Shown piece by piece: positions 44,474-53,817 of a DNA stretch of 59,661 nucleotides; within the stretch, counting starts at the first letter, position 1, and each line of letters starts with the position of its first letter. The notes beneath the pieces were generated by a model, which was not told the DNA's origin, did no database searches, and saw nothing but the letters and a program-made list of their open reading frames with translations. The stretch spans positions 1-59,661 of the IMG/VR virus record IMGVR_UViG_3300049173_000082. One strand, given 5' to 3'. A program made the position numbers and the translations under genes. This DNA comes from a virus. Its lineage: Duplodnaviria; Caudoviricetes.

Positions 44474-45831
44474 CAGACCGTGTCCTGCCGTGCCAGTCGC
44501 TCGGCGGAGCGCACCGCAGGGTCGTCCTCCTCGGCCATCCGCGCCCACTCGTCCACGTCCGGACGCTCCACACCAGGGATGCGGCGCCACAACGCACGCT
44601 TCGGAACTTCGAGCATCGTCGCGGCCTTGCCGAGCGCGTCCACGGCCTGCGACATCGACCGGATCTCCATGTCCTGCCACGTGACCCGGCCGAGCACGTC
44701 GACCGCGTAGTCCTCCTGGCCCTCCAGCGCCGCGGCGAGACGCAGCGACGGGCCGTGCGAGGCGCCGAAGGACTTCTGCCGCTCGTACACCTTCTGCGTC
44801 AACGCTGCCCGGGCGGCAGCGAGCGCCTCAGCCGAGAGGTTCACGAGCTGGCCGGTCAGTTGGTGCGCCGGCGTCTGCGACACCGCGGCGAGCGCTTCGA
44901 CGTCCGCGCGCCACGACGAGATGAAGCCCTCCAGTGGCGTCTCGTCGAGAGTGCCGAACTTGGTGTCGGCATCCTCGGCAATAAGGAGGTCCTGCTGGCG
45001 CAGCCGCAGACGTTCGAGCTCGGCGTCTTCCTCCGCGTCCGGCTTGGCCATGCCGGTGACCGTGCGCACTTTCCAGCTGTTGAAGTGCTGCGCGAGCAGC
45101 CGGTCGTAGGCGGTCTTGTTGATCCGGCGCGCCGGGCCGATGAACGGCTCGACCTCGCCGTCCGCGCGGCCGTCGAGGTCGAGCTGGTTGGTGTACCGGA
45201 CCACCGGCGGCACGCTGGCCTCGTGCTCACGGGCCTCGATGAACTCGAACTTGCTGCCGTCGTCGCCTTCGGTCGACAGGAAGTACTCGAACTCCTCGTC
45301 GTACAGCTTCACCATGTACGAGTTCTTGGGCTGCGACTCGACTTGCATGGCGTACATCGGCCAGTCGTCGACCGCCGGATCCTCGTAGACGGCCCACATC
45401 TTGCGGGGTGACACGCCCTTCATGACCGCCATCGGCTCGCCCAAGTAGTCCTCGCCAGGCAGCACCTTCACGTAGGAGTAGCCGTAGGTCAGCGCGGCGC
45501 GGTGGATCGCGATCTGCCGACGGTCGAACCCGTTGCGAGACCAGGTCCACCACGGCCCACGCTTCGGGTTGTCGTCCTCGAAGGACGACCTGTAGTTATC
45601 GACGTACATGCACTGCGCGACGGTCGTGACCACCAGGCCGAGCCACGGCGTCCGCGAGATCTCCTCGAGGTACCTCAGCTCCCGGCTGCTCTGTTTTGGC
45701 AAACGAGCCTGTTCCTGCCGCCACCGAGCCCACTGGTCGATCCGGTCGAGCTTGTCCTTCTCAGTCGACCAGCCCGGCCACAGCTGGTCTTTCACCAGTT
45801 CCACCACGCTGCTAGGACTCATCTTGGCCAC
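44473..45831 (-). CDS. Portal protein (SPP1 gp6-like)
   Basis: TPWLGLVV, ALTYGYSY, NLSAEAL motifs; follows the terminase. Confidence 0.92.
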   Translation of the reverse strand: MAKMSPSSVVELVKDQLWPGWSTEKDKLDRIDQWARWRQEQARLPKQSSRELRYLEEISRTPWLGLVVTTVAQCMYVDNYRSSFEDDNPKRGPWWTWSRNGFDRRQIAIHRAALTYGYSYVKVLPGEDYLGEPMAVMKGVSPRKMWAVYEDPAVDDWPMYAMQVESQPKNSYMVKLYDEEFEYFLSTEGDDGSKFEFIEAREHEASVPPVVRYTNQLDLDGRADGEVEPFIGPARRINKTAYDRLLAQHFNSWKVRTVTGMAKPDAEEDAELERLRLRQQDLLIAEDADTKFGTLDETPLEGFISSWRADVEALAAVSQTPAHQLTGQLVNLSAEALAAARAALTQKVYERQKSFGASHGPSLRLAAALEGQEDYAVDVLGRVTWQDMEIRSMSQAVDALGKAATMLEVPKRALWRRIPGVERPDVDEWARMAEEDDPAVRSAERLARQDTV

Positions 45832-45853
45832 AGGGAACCTCCTCCTGCGGCGG

Positions 45854-47506
45854 CTACCAGACGCGTCCGGTCCGCTGCTTCTTCTTGTTCCGGTGTGGGC
45901 TGGAGTGCCAGAGCTTGCGGACCATCCGGGCGCCGATGAGGCACACCGCGAGGTCGATCTTCAGTGGGGAGTCGTGGGACTCCTTGCCGATCGACACGCC
46001 GTACCGGTTCGGGTTCGTGCGTGCGTTGGCCAGGTGGCGCAGCAGCACCGGATTGCCGTCGATCGTGAACGTCGGCACACCGGTCTTCGCTGTGCTGACG
46101 ATCTCCTCGTAGGTGAGCTCGCAGGCCTGTGTGAAGTCCCAGGTGCGGGTGCGCATGTCCCACGCGATCGGCTCCGGCGACTTCCCGCCGGGCACGGCCC
46201 AGATGTCGAGCTGCTCGCCGAACTCGCCCGGCCAGTCGACCTTGACGAAGGACTCCCACTCGCGGACGTCACCGAAGAACGCGCGCACGTCCCACGTCCG
46301 GAACGCCCGGTGCACTGCGGCGTCGACCGCGCTGACCGGAACCTCGTCCTCGTCGTCGTTCGGGTCTGGCTCCCAGGCGTCGACGACGAACACATGCCCG
46401 TCCGACAGGCGACACCCAAGCAGACCTGTGGCATCGCGACTCTTCGACCCGTCGAAGAACAACGCGACCTGCTCGCCGTGCTCCACGACCTTCGTCGTGT
46501 CGATCAGCTGCTCGGCCTGCTCTGGTTTGATCCAGGCGTCGTCGGGTGTCGTCGGCCAGTTGAAGTACTTGCGCTTCGACGCGTCCGCGCGGGCCTTCGG
46601 ATGCCAGATGCGGGTCTTGATCGCTGCCCGGTCGGCCCACCAGCAGTCGCCGTAGACGTGCGCCAGGGCGCGGTCGAGCGACTCCTCGTCGTCCAGCTTC
46701 GAGTCCGGTGGCGCCTTTCGCGCGTCGTAGAGGATCTTCGCCTTGTTCTTGGTGCGGCCTTCCTCCTGCGCCACCCATGCCTGGAACGAACCTTCGGCGA
46801 TCGAGCCGGCACCGGGTTTCCAGCTGTTGCAGGTCTCGACCATGCGGGAACCGGACTTCGCCAGGTTGTCCGCCAGGGTCTCCTCGAAGTCGACCCCGCC
46901 GTTGCGCGGCAACCAGTGCTCGGTCTCGTCACCGATCATCGCCGTCGCTTCGGCGCCCTCAGCCGCGGCCGACGACGACGTGATGACCTGCAGCGTGCCC
47001 TCGGGCGACTTGAAGTACTGCGTCTTGCCCGGATCGAGCCGGAAGTCCTTGACCAGCCGTGAGTTGCGCGGCGCGAACGCCCGCACCATCCGCATGGTGT
47101 TCTCGGTCTGCGACTCCGCCGTGGCCGCGATCTGGACCAGCGGCATCGTCACCGGCTTGCCCACACACCCGCCGGGCACCTTCGGGTCGAAGTCCTTCAG
47201 CCGCACCGGCGCGGTGAACTCCGCCAGCGCCAGCAACGCCGCGAACGGCGACTTCCCCGAGCCCTTCGCCAACCGGCGTACCGCCCGGTAGTACAGCCAA
47301 TCGCCCGACGGATCGACGGCGTACCACCACAGCAGGAACTGGATCTGCGAGTCGACGAACCGGAACCGCTCGCCGGCGTTCGGGCCGTTCGGCTGCCGCA
47401 GGTACTTCGCGGCCCACCGCACGACCTCCCAGCCGAGGGTGAGATCGGGAACACCAGCAGGAAGGGTGACGAGTCGGCTAGTTGGCGAAGCGAGTGCGGT
47501 ACTCAT
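45854..47506 (-). CDS. terL: Terminase large subunit
   Basis: RLAKGSGKSP Walker A, IGDETEHW Walker B, FFDGSKSRDAT nuclease, KIDLAV. Confidence 0.95.
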   Translation of the reverse strand: MSTALASPTSRLVTLPAGVPDLTLGWEVVRWAAKYLRQPNGPNAGERFRFVDSQIQFLLWWYAVDPSGDWLYYRAVRRLAKGSGKSPFAALLALAEFTAPVRLKDFDPKVPGGCVGKPVTMPLVQIAATAESQTENTMRMVRAFAPRNSRLVKDFRLDPGKTQYFKSPEGTLQVITSSSAAAEGAEATAMIGDETEHWLPRNGGVDFEETLADNLAKSGSRMVETCNSWKPGAGSIAEGSFQAWVAQEEGRTKNKAKILYDARKAPPDSKLDDEESLDRALAHVYGDCWWADRAAIKTRIWHPKARADASKRKYFNWPTTPDDAWIKPEQAEQLIDTTKVVEHGEQVALFFDGSKSRDATGLLGCRLSDGHVFVVDAWEPDPNDDEDEVPVSAVDAAVHRAFRTWDVRAFFGDVREWESFVKVDWPGEFGEQLDIWAVPGGKSPEPIAWDMRTRTWDFTQACELTYEEIVSTAKTGVPTFTIDGNPVLLRHLANARTNPNRYGVSIGKESHDSPLKIDLAVCLIGARMVRKLWHSSPHRNKKKQRTGRVW

Positions 47507-47948
47507 CGAGATCCGCGACCGCCGCGGCTTCGTCTTCGTCGACCTGCGGCTTCGACAGCTCGATCCGCAGCCTGCGCCGGTCGCCCTCGGTGACCAGCAG
47601 CGCCGTCATCGCCTTGAGGTAGGCCGCCATCGACGCTCCGCGCAATGGGATCGTCGCCTTCACGGCCTTGCCGCCCTCACTGACCCCGACTACCTGCGGC
47701 TTCAGGTCCCGCGACAAAGACTCAGCGATCAGGTAGGCGAGCGCCCAGTCTGACGGCTCGTACCAATGCGACTGCCCCGACTCTGCGAGCGACCGGTACC
47801 ACTGAGCAGCGATGGGATGCCAGCTCTTGTCCGCTTCGGGCACCTCGACCTGCTCGGCAGCCGGCGCCGAATCGATCGGCACCTCAGGAGCGTTCCGACG
47901 ACGAACCCGGTCACTGCGTTCTGGCACGCGGCCAGGCTTGTTGCCCAT
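47478..47948 (-). CDS. terS: Terminase small subunit
   Basis: WHPIAAQWYRSLAESGQ..YEPSDWA..LLVTEGDRRRLRIEL. Confidence 0.88.
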   Translation of the reverse strand: MGNKPGRVPERSDRVRRRNAPEVPIDSAPAAEQVEVPEADKSWHPIAAQWYRSLAESGQSHWYEPSDWALAYLIAESLSRDLKPQVVGVSEGGKAVKATIPLRGASMAAYLKAMTALLVTEGDRRRLRIELSKPQVDEDEAAAVADLDEYRTRFAN

Positions 47949-48061
47949 GGCGACCTCCAGGGTCCAGGGCGACCCTCCAGGGGTCAGGCGATCGCAGGCA
48001 GAATTGAGTGCCACCTGCGGAAATAGGCAAGAACGATCTTGGGTAGCCGGGGGACCCCAAA

Positions 48062-48142
48062 CTTTGTAATCCGTACAGGATCTCCGCCGCTATGACGAAG
48101 CGGTGCCCTGTCTCGCGGTCGGGGGAGGCACCCCCCACCCCT
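48062..48142 (-). other. Putative cos / packaging initiation site
   Basis: Non-coding, upstream of terS; minus strand CGCTTCGTCATAGCGGCGGAGATCCTGTACGG resembles, from memory, L5-like 3'-cos ends; G/C-run inverted repeat at 48121-48136. Confidence 0.5.
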
Positions 48143-48193
48143 CGGGTTTGTCAAGACCTGTGGCCAGATTTTTTGGCGCTCATGCCTGCTTGC

Positions 48194-48493
48194 TCAGTCG
48201 TCGGTGCTGCTCGTGGCGCACGCGTCGACCAGTGAGCAGACGAGAACCTCGCAGCCTGCGACGCTGTCGTTGGCCAACACCTGGGGCCCTTCGCTGCCGA
48301 CGATCAGCCAGGGGTGCTGCTCGTCGCGTTCAAACGGTGGTGCCCAGCGGATTGCGATCTCGCGAGGGTGGTGCTTGTCCTGCCATCGCGGGAACACCAC
48401 GGTTGTGCCGAGCGGGGCGTTGGTTGGATCGCTCAGCACAGGCCCTGCTGGTCGCGGTACTGGGCGTTGCTGCTCGCCCTGCATGGGGCGCAT
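48194..48493 (-). CDS. Hypothetical protein
   Basis: Coupled ORF. Confidence 0.55.
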   Translation of the reverse strand: MRPMQGEQQRPVPRPAGPVLSDPTNAPLGTTVVFPRWQDKHHPREIAIRWAPPFERDEQHPWLIVGSEGPQVLANDSVAGCEVLVCSLVDACATSSTDD

Positions 48494-48849
48494 CAGTTCG
48501 CGGGCGCGGGCTGGTCGCCGTGTTCGGCGATGTGCTGCTCGATGCGCTCGGACAGCTGCTTCTTGTTGCCGCTGGTCGAGATCTGGAGGCGTTCGGCGTG
48601 GGCCCTGAGGTCGGCTGCCGACGGCCCGGTGTTCTGGCCTCCGGTGTTCTCATCGCCCTCGCTGTCGCTGTCGCTGTCGTCACCGTCACCGTCGGGCTCG
48701 GTGTCCTCGGCGGGCTGGGCCTGGGCGTCGTCGTGCGGGGCGTGCACAGCGAAGTTCTGTCGGATGAGCTGCTCGGCCTCGGGTGCGGTGCGGTCGATGA
48801 CGGCGCCGATGGGGTTCTGGCCGAGCTTGCGGAGCAGCCTGATCTTCAT
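48493..48849 (-). CDS. SAP/HeH-like domain protein
   Basis: SAADLRAHAERLQISTSGNKKQLSERI. Confidence 0.65.
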   Translation of the reverse strand: MKIRLLRKLGQNPIGAVIDRTAPEAEQLIRQNFAVHAPHDDAQAQPAEDTEPDGDGDDSDSDSEGDENTGGQNTGPSAADLRAHAERLQISTSGNKKQLSERIEQHIAEHGDQPAPAN

Positions 48850-48912
48850 CGTGGTGTCCTCTGGTTCGGTGCTGGACGGTGTCAAAAGGGGTTGCTGTGG
48901 GGTGGCCTCACC

Positions 48913-49290
48913 TCAGGTGGGTTTGAGGCCTGGTGGTGGATCTGGTGGCCGGAACCGCTGGGCGTTGCGCCGCTGCCGTGCCGCAGCGGATGCGCGCCCG
49001 CCTTGGCGGCCAGAGTGGGGCTGGTGGTGCTCGTGGCAGATCGACCGGCACGCCTCGACGCGGTGATCCAGACGGTCGCCAGCGTGGTCGACCTCGGTAG
49101 CGCGGCGTGTGCAACGCGCGGCCGGGTCGTACTGGCCGGTCAGGTAGACCTGAAAGCCGCCATCAGGGAGGCCTTCGAGCCAGGTGCAGCGGCGGCCATC
49201 GCGGCGGAACACGGCCGGGCGGATGCGGGTGTTCCAGTCAGCCGGGAGGGTGACGCGGCGGGTGGAGCCGTCCCAGTTCGGCACGGGCAC
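48913..49290 (-). CDS. Terminase-associated HNH endonuclease
   Basis: VFRRDGRRC...ATEVDH...SICHEHH; next to the putative cos and terS. Confidence 0.82.
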   Translation of the reverse strand: MPVPNWDGSTRRVTLPADWNTRIRPAVFRRDGRRCTWLEGLPDGGFQVYLTGQYDPAARCTRRATEVDHAGDRLDHRVEACRSICHEHHQPHSGRQGGRASAAARQRRNAQRFRPPDPPPGLKPT

Positions 49291-49307
49291 CTCCTCGCAC
49301 TGGCGCG

Positions 49308-49532
49308 TCAGGTGCCGTTCTCGGTGGCGTGCTGGCGGCGCAGCTCGGCCGCTACGGCTTCCAGAAGCTCGGCGGTCGCGAGTGCGCCGCCGACCACGCG
49401 GACCTTGACCGGATCGCCTGCTGTGGCCTGGTCGGCGCCTACCGCTTCGACGGCGAGGCTGCCGATGACGTGCTCGTCGCCGGTTCCGACACGCATGAAC
49501 ACGGGCATGCGCCCACCGTTGGCCATCGTCAC
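49308..49532 (-). CDS. Hypothetical protein
   Basis: GTGA-coupled ORF. Confidence 0.55.
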   Translation of the reverse strand: MTMANGGRMPVFMRVGTGDEHVIGSLAVEAVGADQATAGDPVKVRVVGGALATAELLEAVAAELRRQHATENGT

Positions 49533-49948
49533 TCCTGCTCGTGCTGGGTCTGGAATGAGGTGAACAGGTCGCCGTAGATGTAGGCGAGGTGCTCCTCGCG
49601 GCCGCCGCAGTTGGTGCCGAGGCGGACGTCGGGGTGGACGTTCATGCGGTAGATCTGCACGGCGGCGTGCATGAGTTCGTGGGCGACGATCTCGGCGGTG
49701 ACGTGGTCGTCGGCGAGGCGGAGCAGGCCGGCGTAGCCGTTGGGGCTGTAGCGGCGGCGTCCGGTGTCGGGGTTGAGGTAGTGCCAGGTGGGGTGGAAGC
49801 AGCCGTAGCACCCGTCCCACCAGGCCGCCGTGGTGTCGGGGCGGAGCTGGTGGGCGGCTCGGCGCAGGTCGTCGACGGTGTCGTGGATGCGGACCCGGCA
49901 CCAGCGGCGGGGATCGATGCGGTCGGCGAAGATCGTGAAGGACCGCAT
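49529..49948 (-). CDS. HExxH-containing protein (possible metallopeptidase)
   Basis: IVAHELMHAA...REEHLAY. Confidence 0.65.
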   Translation of the reverse strand: MRSFTIFADRIDPRRWCRVRIHDTVDDLRRAAHQLRPDTTAAWWDGCYGCFHPTWHYLNPDTGRRRYSPNGYAGLLRLADDHVTAEIVAHELMHAAVQIYRMNVHPDVRLGTNCGGREEHLAYIYGDLFTSFQTQHEQE

Positions 49949-50013
49949 CGGTCACCCCCAGCCTGTGGTGCGACCTGCAGAAACCCGACACTCGTACTGA
50001 CGAGTAAGTGGCG

Positions 50014-50235
50014 TCAGTCCTCGGTGGGAACGAACTGCAGCGTGAAGGGCTGCAGCAGGCCGAAGTGCTCGGCGACCTCGGCCTTGACAGTCATCGCGAG
50101 CGACAGTGCCGGCGTGTACTTCGACCACTCCTGGTTTCGGTTGTCGTTGTAGTCCGGCTGGAACTCGAGCAGAACCTGGGAGTCGTCGCTGGGGTTGGGC
50201 TCGTTGCGGGTGCACTTGACCTTCGCGGTGATCAC
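50014..50235 (-). CDS. Small conserved phage protein
   Basis: ITAKVKC...NQEWSKYTP..SLAMTV; RBS ggagga. Confidence 0.75.
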   Translation of the reverse strand: MITAKVKCTRNEPNPSDDSQVLLEFQPDYNDNRNQEWSKYTPALSLAMTVKAEVAEHFGLLQPFTLQFVPTED

Positions 50236-50345
50236 GATCGCTCCTCCAGGAAGTTTGTGTGCCGCGGTCCCGGACGAAAGTCGACGCGACCGCGGCAACG
50301 TCCCCTGCGCCGCCGCTACAGGGGGATTCGTGGGGCGGACACGCA

Positions 50346-50382
50346 GAAGGCCCCAGCTGCGCGCGAGGCGGCTGGGGCCTTC
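50346..50382 (-). terminator. Hairpin in the probable late leader
   Basis: gaaggccccagc / gctggggccttc, 12-bp stem. Confidence 0.55.
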
Positions 50383-50462
50383 CGGTGGTCCTTTGAGTGG
50401 TGCCGTCCTATGAAGACAGTTCACCAACGTGACCGAAGGTTACTTCGCTGCAGGTCAGAAGA

Positions 50463-51023
50463 TCAAGGGCCTGTTTCCGGCGGCGTGTCGGACACCAACA
50501 CCGCCCTGCAGTGGAGCGACTGCGCACCCTCGAGATAGGCGGGCGGCGTCCACCGTTGGTAGGAGTAGCTGTGCGTGTTCCCGTCGACGACGAGCACAAG
50601 GGCAACCCACTGCACGTCGACTTGGTTGCGATCCACTCCGGTCTGCAGCTGACGTTCGAGATCTTCGATGGCGCTCCACTCGGCGCCCTGCACGATGGCA
50701 TCGACCTCGGCTGCATCTAGGCCGTACAGGGTGGCGGCTCTCATCATCGCTAGACCAGCGGGAGTTTGATGTGTCTGGTCGCTCACGAAGGACGATCCTC
50801 CTCCAGGTTGGAGCCGTTGTCGCTCGTAGGTGGCTTTCGCGGCGGTGATGGAGTACTCGGTGCGCCGGCCGCGCGACGTGGTGCTGTGTCGGCGGGGCCA
50901 GCCGTCGAGCTGTGCCCAGCGGTGCAGGGTGCCGGTCGGGATGTCGCCGAGCATGAAGCTGATGGCCTCGACGTCCGCGACCGGCTCGTCGACGGCGAGC
51001 TCGCGGATCCGGGCCTTGATCAT
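50463..51023 (-). CDS. HTH protein fused to an unknown domain
   Basis: DIPTGTLHRWAQLDGW..RRTEYS HTH; internal ggaggagg before VSDQ. Confidence 0.65.
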   Translation of the reverse strand: MIKARIRELAVDEPVADVEAISFMLGDIPTGTLHRWAQLDGWPRRHSTTSRGRRTEYSITAAKATYERQRLQPGGGSSFVSDQTHQTPAGLAMMRAATLYGLDAAEVDAIVQGAEWSAIEDLERQLQTGVDRNQVDVQWVALVLVVDGNTHSYSYQRWTPPAYLEGAQSLHCRAVLVSDTPPETGP

Positions 51024-51670
51024 GCGGCGCCCTGGGCTTGGTGGAGTTCGTCCCAGCGGTAGGCGGGCCAGGTGGTGGAGCACTGCGGGCAATGCACCGC
51101 CCGGTCATCGGGTCGGGCGTAAAGGCGCTGTTCGCAGTGGATCTGCGCGCCGGTCCGGGGGTCGTGGTCGACCGGCTGGGGGCAGATGCCGAGCGGGATG
51201 CGGCCGCGGGTCTCGCCGGCCAGCTGCTGCAGCGTGCGCTGTAGGTCGAACAGCTCGGCCGCGAGGTCGCCGACCCAGTCCTGGGAGCGGATCCAGGACC
51301 ACATGCCGACCAGCACGGTCGCCTCGGCCTTGAGTGCGGGTGGGCCGGGTCGCGGCGGCATGCCGGTGTCCTCGCGGACCTCGTCCGCCCAGGAGGCGAC
51401 GATCTCGACTATGTAGGCGTGTGCGAGGCGCTGCTCGCGGTCGATGCGGGCCAGGTTGATCGGCGGGCCGGAGCGGTAGCCACCGCCGACACCGCGGGGC
51501 CCGTCGTCACTGCTGGCGCCGCACAGGACCTCTTCGGCGACCTTCGGGTAGAGGCGGACGATGTCGTCCAAGGCGTCGCGGACGCGGGACGAGCACGGGT
51601 CGCAGGTCAATGAGCCCTCGGCTGCGAGGTGACCTGGGCGGATGCGGCACTCGGCGCGGTCGATGTTCAT
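51020..51670 (-). CDS. Zn-finger protein, candidate late transcription regulator
   Basis: CDPC..PPINL..CPQ..CEQRL..CPQCSTTW; position upstream of the late operon. Confidence 0.65.
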   Translation of the reverse strand: MNIDRAECRIRPGHLAAEGSLTCDPCSSRVRDALDDIVRLYPKVAEEVLCGASSDDGPRGVGGGYRSGPPINLARIDREQRLAHAYIVEIVASWADEVREDTGMPPRPGPPALKAEATVLVGMWSWIRSQDWVGDLAAELFDLQRTLQQLAGETRGRIPLGICPQPVDHDPRTGAQIHCEQRLYARPDDRAVHCPQCSTTWPAYRWDELHQAQGAA

Positions 51671-51873
51671 GCCACCAGCTCGTCGCGTCGATGCCTGGCC
51701 ACACGGTCCTGAGTGACAGGCACGATCAGACCAACCAGGCACGTCGCGGCCACGAACGCCGCGGCGATGTAGCCGGCGGGGTTGTCGTAGCGGTCGACCA
51801 GCCAGGTCACGGCCTTGTACGTGGCGTAGAAGTGCAGCAGCAGGGCGTAGGTGCGCCACCGCTGGCCGGTCAT
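51667..51873 (-). CDS. Small membrane protein
   Basis: Two hydrophobic segments. Confidence 0.6.
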   Translation of the reverse strand: MTGQRWRTYALLLHFYATYKAVTWLVDRYDNPAGYIAAAFVAATCLVGLIVPVTQDRVARHRRDELVA

Positions 51874-52100
51874 GATCGTTCTCGGGTTGCGCGGACCGCC
51901 GCTTCCAGGTGAGCCACCGTGTCGTGCACGACCTCGGTCAACGCCGTCATGAACGGTTGGGCAGCGGCGTTCACCGAGGTGACGATCTCCACCATCACGG
52001 TGTCTGGAGTCGGCCGGGTCTCAGGTGTGCAGCCGTCGCGTCGGTGATGAAGCGCAGTGCGGCCCGACCAGAAGTTGCAGGCACAGAGCTTCTTCGTCAT
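51870..52100 (-). CDS. Hypothetical protein
   Basis: ATGA-coupled ORF. Confidence 0.6.
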   Translation of the reverse strand: MTKKLCACNFWSGRTALHHRRDGCTPETRPTPDTVMVEIVTSVNAAAQPFMTALTEVVHDTVAHLEAAVRATRERS

Positions 52101-52429
52101 GGCCGTTTCACCTCAGGCTGTTCTGGCCGACGGAACGCTGCACCGAGCACGCCGGGGATCGGCTTGACCTGGCGCAGCAGCAGCCCGCCTCGTCCGACGT
52201 GGTCACGTTCGCCGGGCGTCAGGCCTCGGAGGTCAGTGGGCCGGTACCACTCGTGGCTGGTGTCGACGTCCTGCGGGACGCGGTAGAACGCGGACCGCGC
52301 CTCACGGCCGCATTCGGGTACAGGGCAGCGGATGATGAACGGCGTGGTGCCGTCGTCCGCGTTGCGCGTCCATACAGCGTGCTGGCTGCCGCAGACGTAG
52401 GCGTTGATCTGACCTGCTTGTTCGCTCAT
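52097..52429 (-). CDS. Zn-ribbon hypothetical protein
   Basis: NAYVC..DDGTTPFIIRC..HEWYRP..DHVGRGGLLLR. Confidence 0.7.
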   Translation of the reverse strand: MSEQAGQINAYVCGSQHAVWTRNADDGTTPFIIRCPVPECGREARSAFYRVPQDVDTSHEWYRPTDLRGLTPGERDHVGRGGLLLRQVKPIPGVLGAAFRRPEQPEVKRP

Positions 52430-53184
52430 CGGCCCCGCCTCGGGTTGATCGTGCGAGGTGCACGAGACGACGTCGACGGACCGGTGTTGCGGTTGCGGCG
52501 CAGCCACAACGCGCGTTGGCGCGGATCGGCAGGAGACTTCCGTGGTGCGAGCACCTCGACGAACGGCTGCAGCGCGGCAGTTGCGTCCGCGGCTGCTCGC
52601 CCCATCTGCCCGACGATCGGCGCGAACGCGGCCATCACGCGGGTCAGTTCGGCGCGATAGTGGCGGCCGACTGCCTCCCAACGCTGGTACTGGCCCCGCA
52701 GGATCTCCACCTGCCAATCGGCCAACGCGACGCCCGCGAACTGCTCGATCCAGCCTGCTGGGAGCGCTGCCTCGTGGGTGAGGTGCGCACGGTCGCGAGC
52801 AGTCTGCTCGACGAACGCGGCCAGCGACGGCGGCCCGGCGTAGCCAGCGACATGCACGACGTGGTCGACGGCAGCCAACTGGCCGTCTAGGCGGCGGGAG
52901 ATGACCTCGCCGTCTGGGGTGACGCCGAGGGCGTAGCGGCGCCGGTAGGCGTCGTAGCCCAGCGCGGTCGCAACCGCGGTGTCGAGCGGGTGCGGTCGAA
53001 CACGCGGCGTGCCCCACCGAACCTGGATCGTCGTCGCCTCGGCATGCGCCGCGTGCCAGCGTTCCTGGCAGCCCTCACCGCAGAAGTCGTCCGACGGGCT
53101 GTCGCCCAACGGTCCCTCGCACTGATGGCAGCCGATAGCGGCGTCGAACTCGGCAATGAAGTCGCGGTCCACGGCGGTATCCAC
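52426..53184 (-). CDS. Hypothetical protein
   Basis: CHQCEGPLGDSPSDDFCGEGCQERWH. Confidence 0.7.
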   Translation of the reverse strand: MDTAVDRDFIAEFDAAIGCHQCEGPLGDSPSDDFCGEGCQERWHAAHAEATTIQVRWGTPRVRPHPLDTAVATALGYDAYRRRYALGVTPDGEVISRRLDGQLAAVDHVVHVAGYAGPPSLAAFVEQTARDRAHLTHEAALPAGWIEQFAGVALADWQVEILRGQYQRWEAVGRHYRAELTRVMAAFAPIVGQMGRAAADATAALQPFVEVLAPRKSPADPRQRALWLRRNRNTGPSTSSRAPRTINPRRGR

Positions 53185-53186
53185 GG

Positions 53187-53348
53187 CTATTCGCTGAAAG
53201 TGCGGCGGACGTGCTCTGCCGCCTCGGGGTATCCGGCTGTTTCTAGTTCGTTGCGTACACGCGTGAATACCTCGTCGATTCGTTCAGCGAGGATTTCGGT
53301 GACGGCGGTTCTGAACCGGGGGTCGTCGGGGTTGAACTGGTCGGACAT
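53187..53348 (-). CDS. Small hypothetical protein (53 aa)
   Basis: MSDQFNPDDPRFRTAVTEILAERIDEVF...; RBS ggagg. Confidence 0.6.
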   Translation of the reverse strand: MSDQFNPDDPRFRTAVTEILAERIDEVFTRVRNELETAGYPEAAEHVRRTFSE

Positions 53349-53714
53349 GGTGCTGCCTCCGGCGGCTGGAGGGGCAAGATCCCGTCAGGATAAGCACGTT
53401 CACTGTGAAAGTGCATTCTCTGTGGCGGGTAATTGTGCGAGTCGCCGGAAAGCTACTGATGGGTTCGGAGTGTGCGCAAAGCATGACTATTCAGATGTGC
53501 ACCCACACGCATTTGTAGCAGACTTTGCACCACTCCCCCGGCTCCAGAGCGTTACCCGAACGGTCATGACGCGGCCTGACCGAGCGGGTAACAGCGCGGA
53601 CGCCACACCCAGCGCTCGCGACTGTCATCCAGCCACACCACCCGAGCCGAGACAGGATCGCTCTCGTAGCGCGCCTGGCACTGCCCGCAACGAGCGTGGA
53701 CCCCTCCCCACTTT

Positions 53715-53742
53715 TTGCATAGCCCTCATACGTTGCATAGCC
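53715..53742. promoter_or_regulatory. Direct repeat upstream of the GntR pair (candidate operator)
   Basis: ttgcatagcc at 53715 and 53733 in an AT-richer intergenic region. Confidence 0.45.
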
Positions 53743-53817
53743 TTCACGGCGGGCCTTACTGGTTTGAGCGATAAAGTCATAAACCATCAGGGATGAGCAA
53801 ATGGGCGGTGACCTGCG

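Noticed and set aside
48103-49563. 486-aa plus-strand ORF
   Set aside because: Antisense to HNH and neighbouring genes
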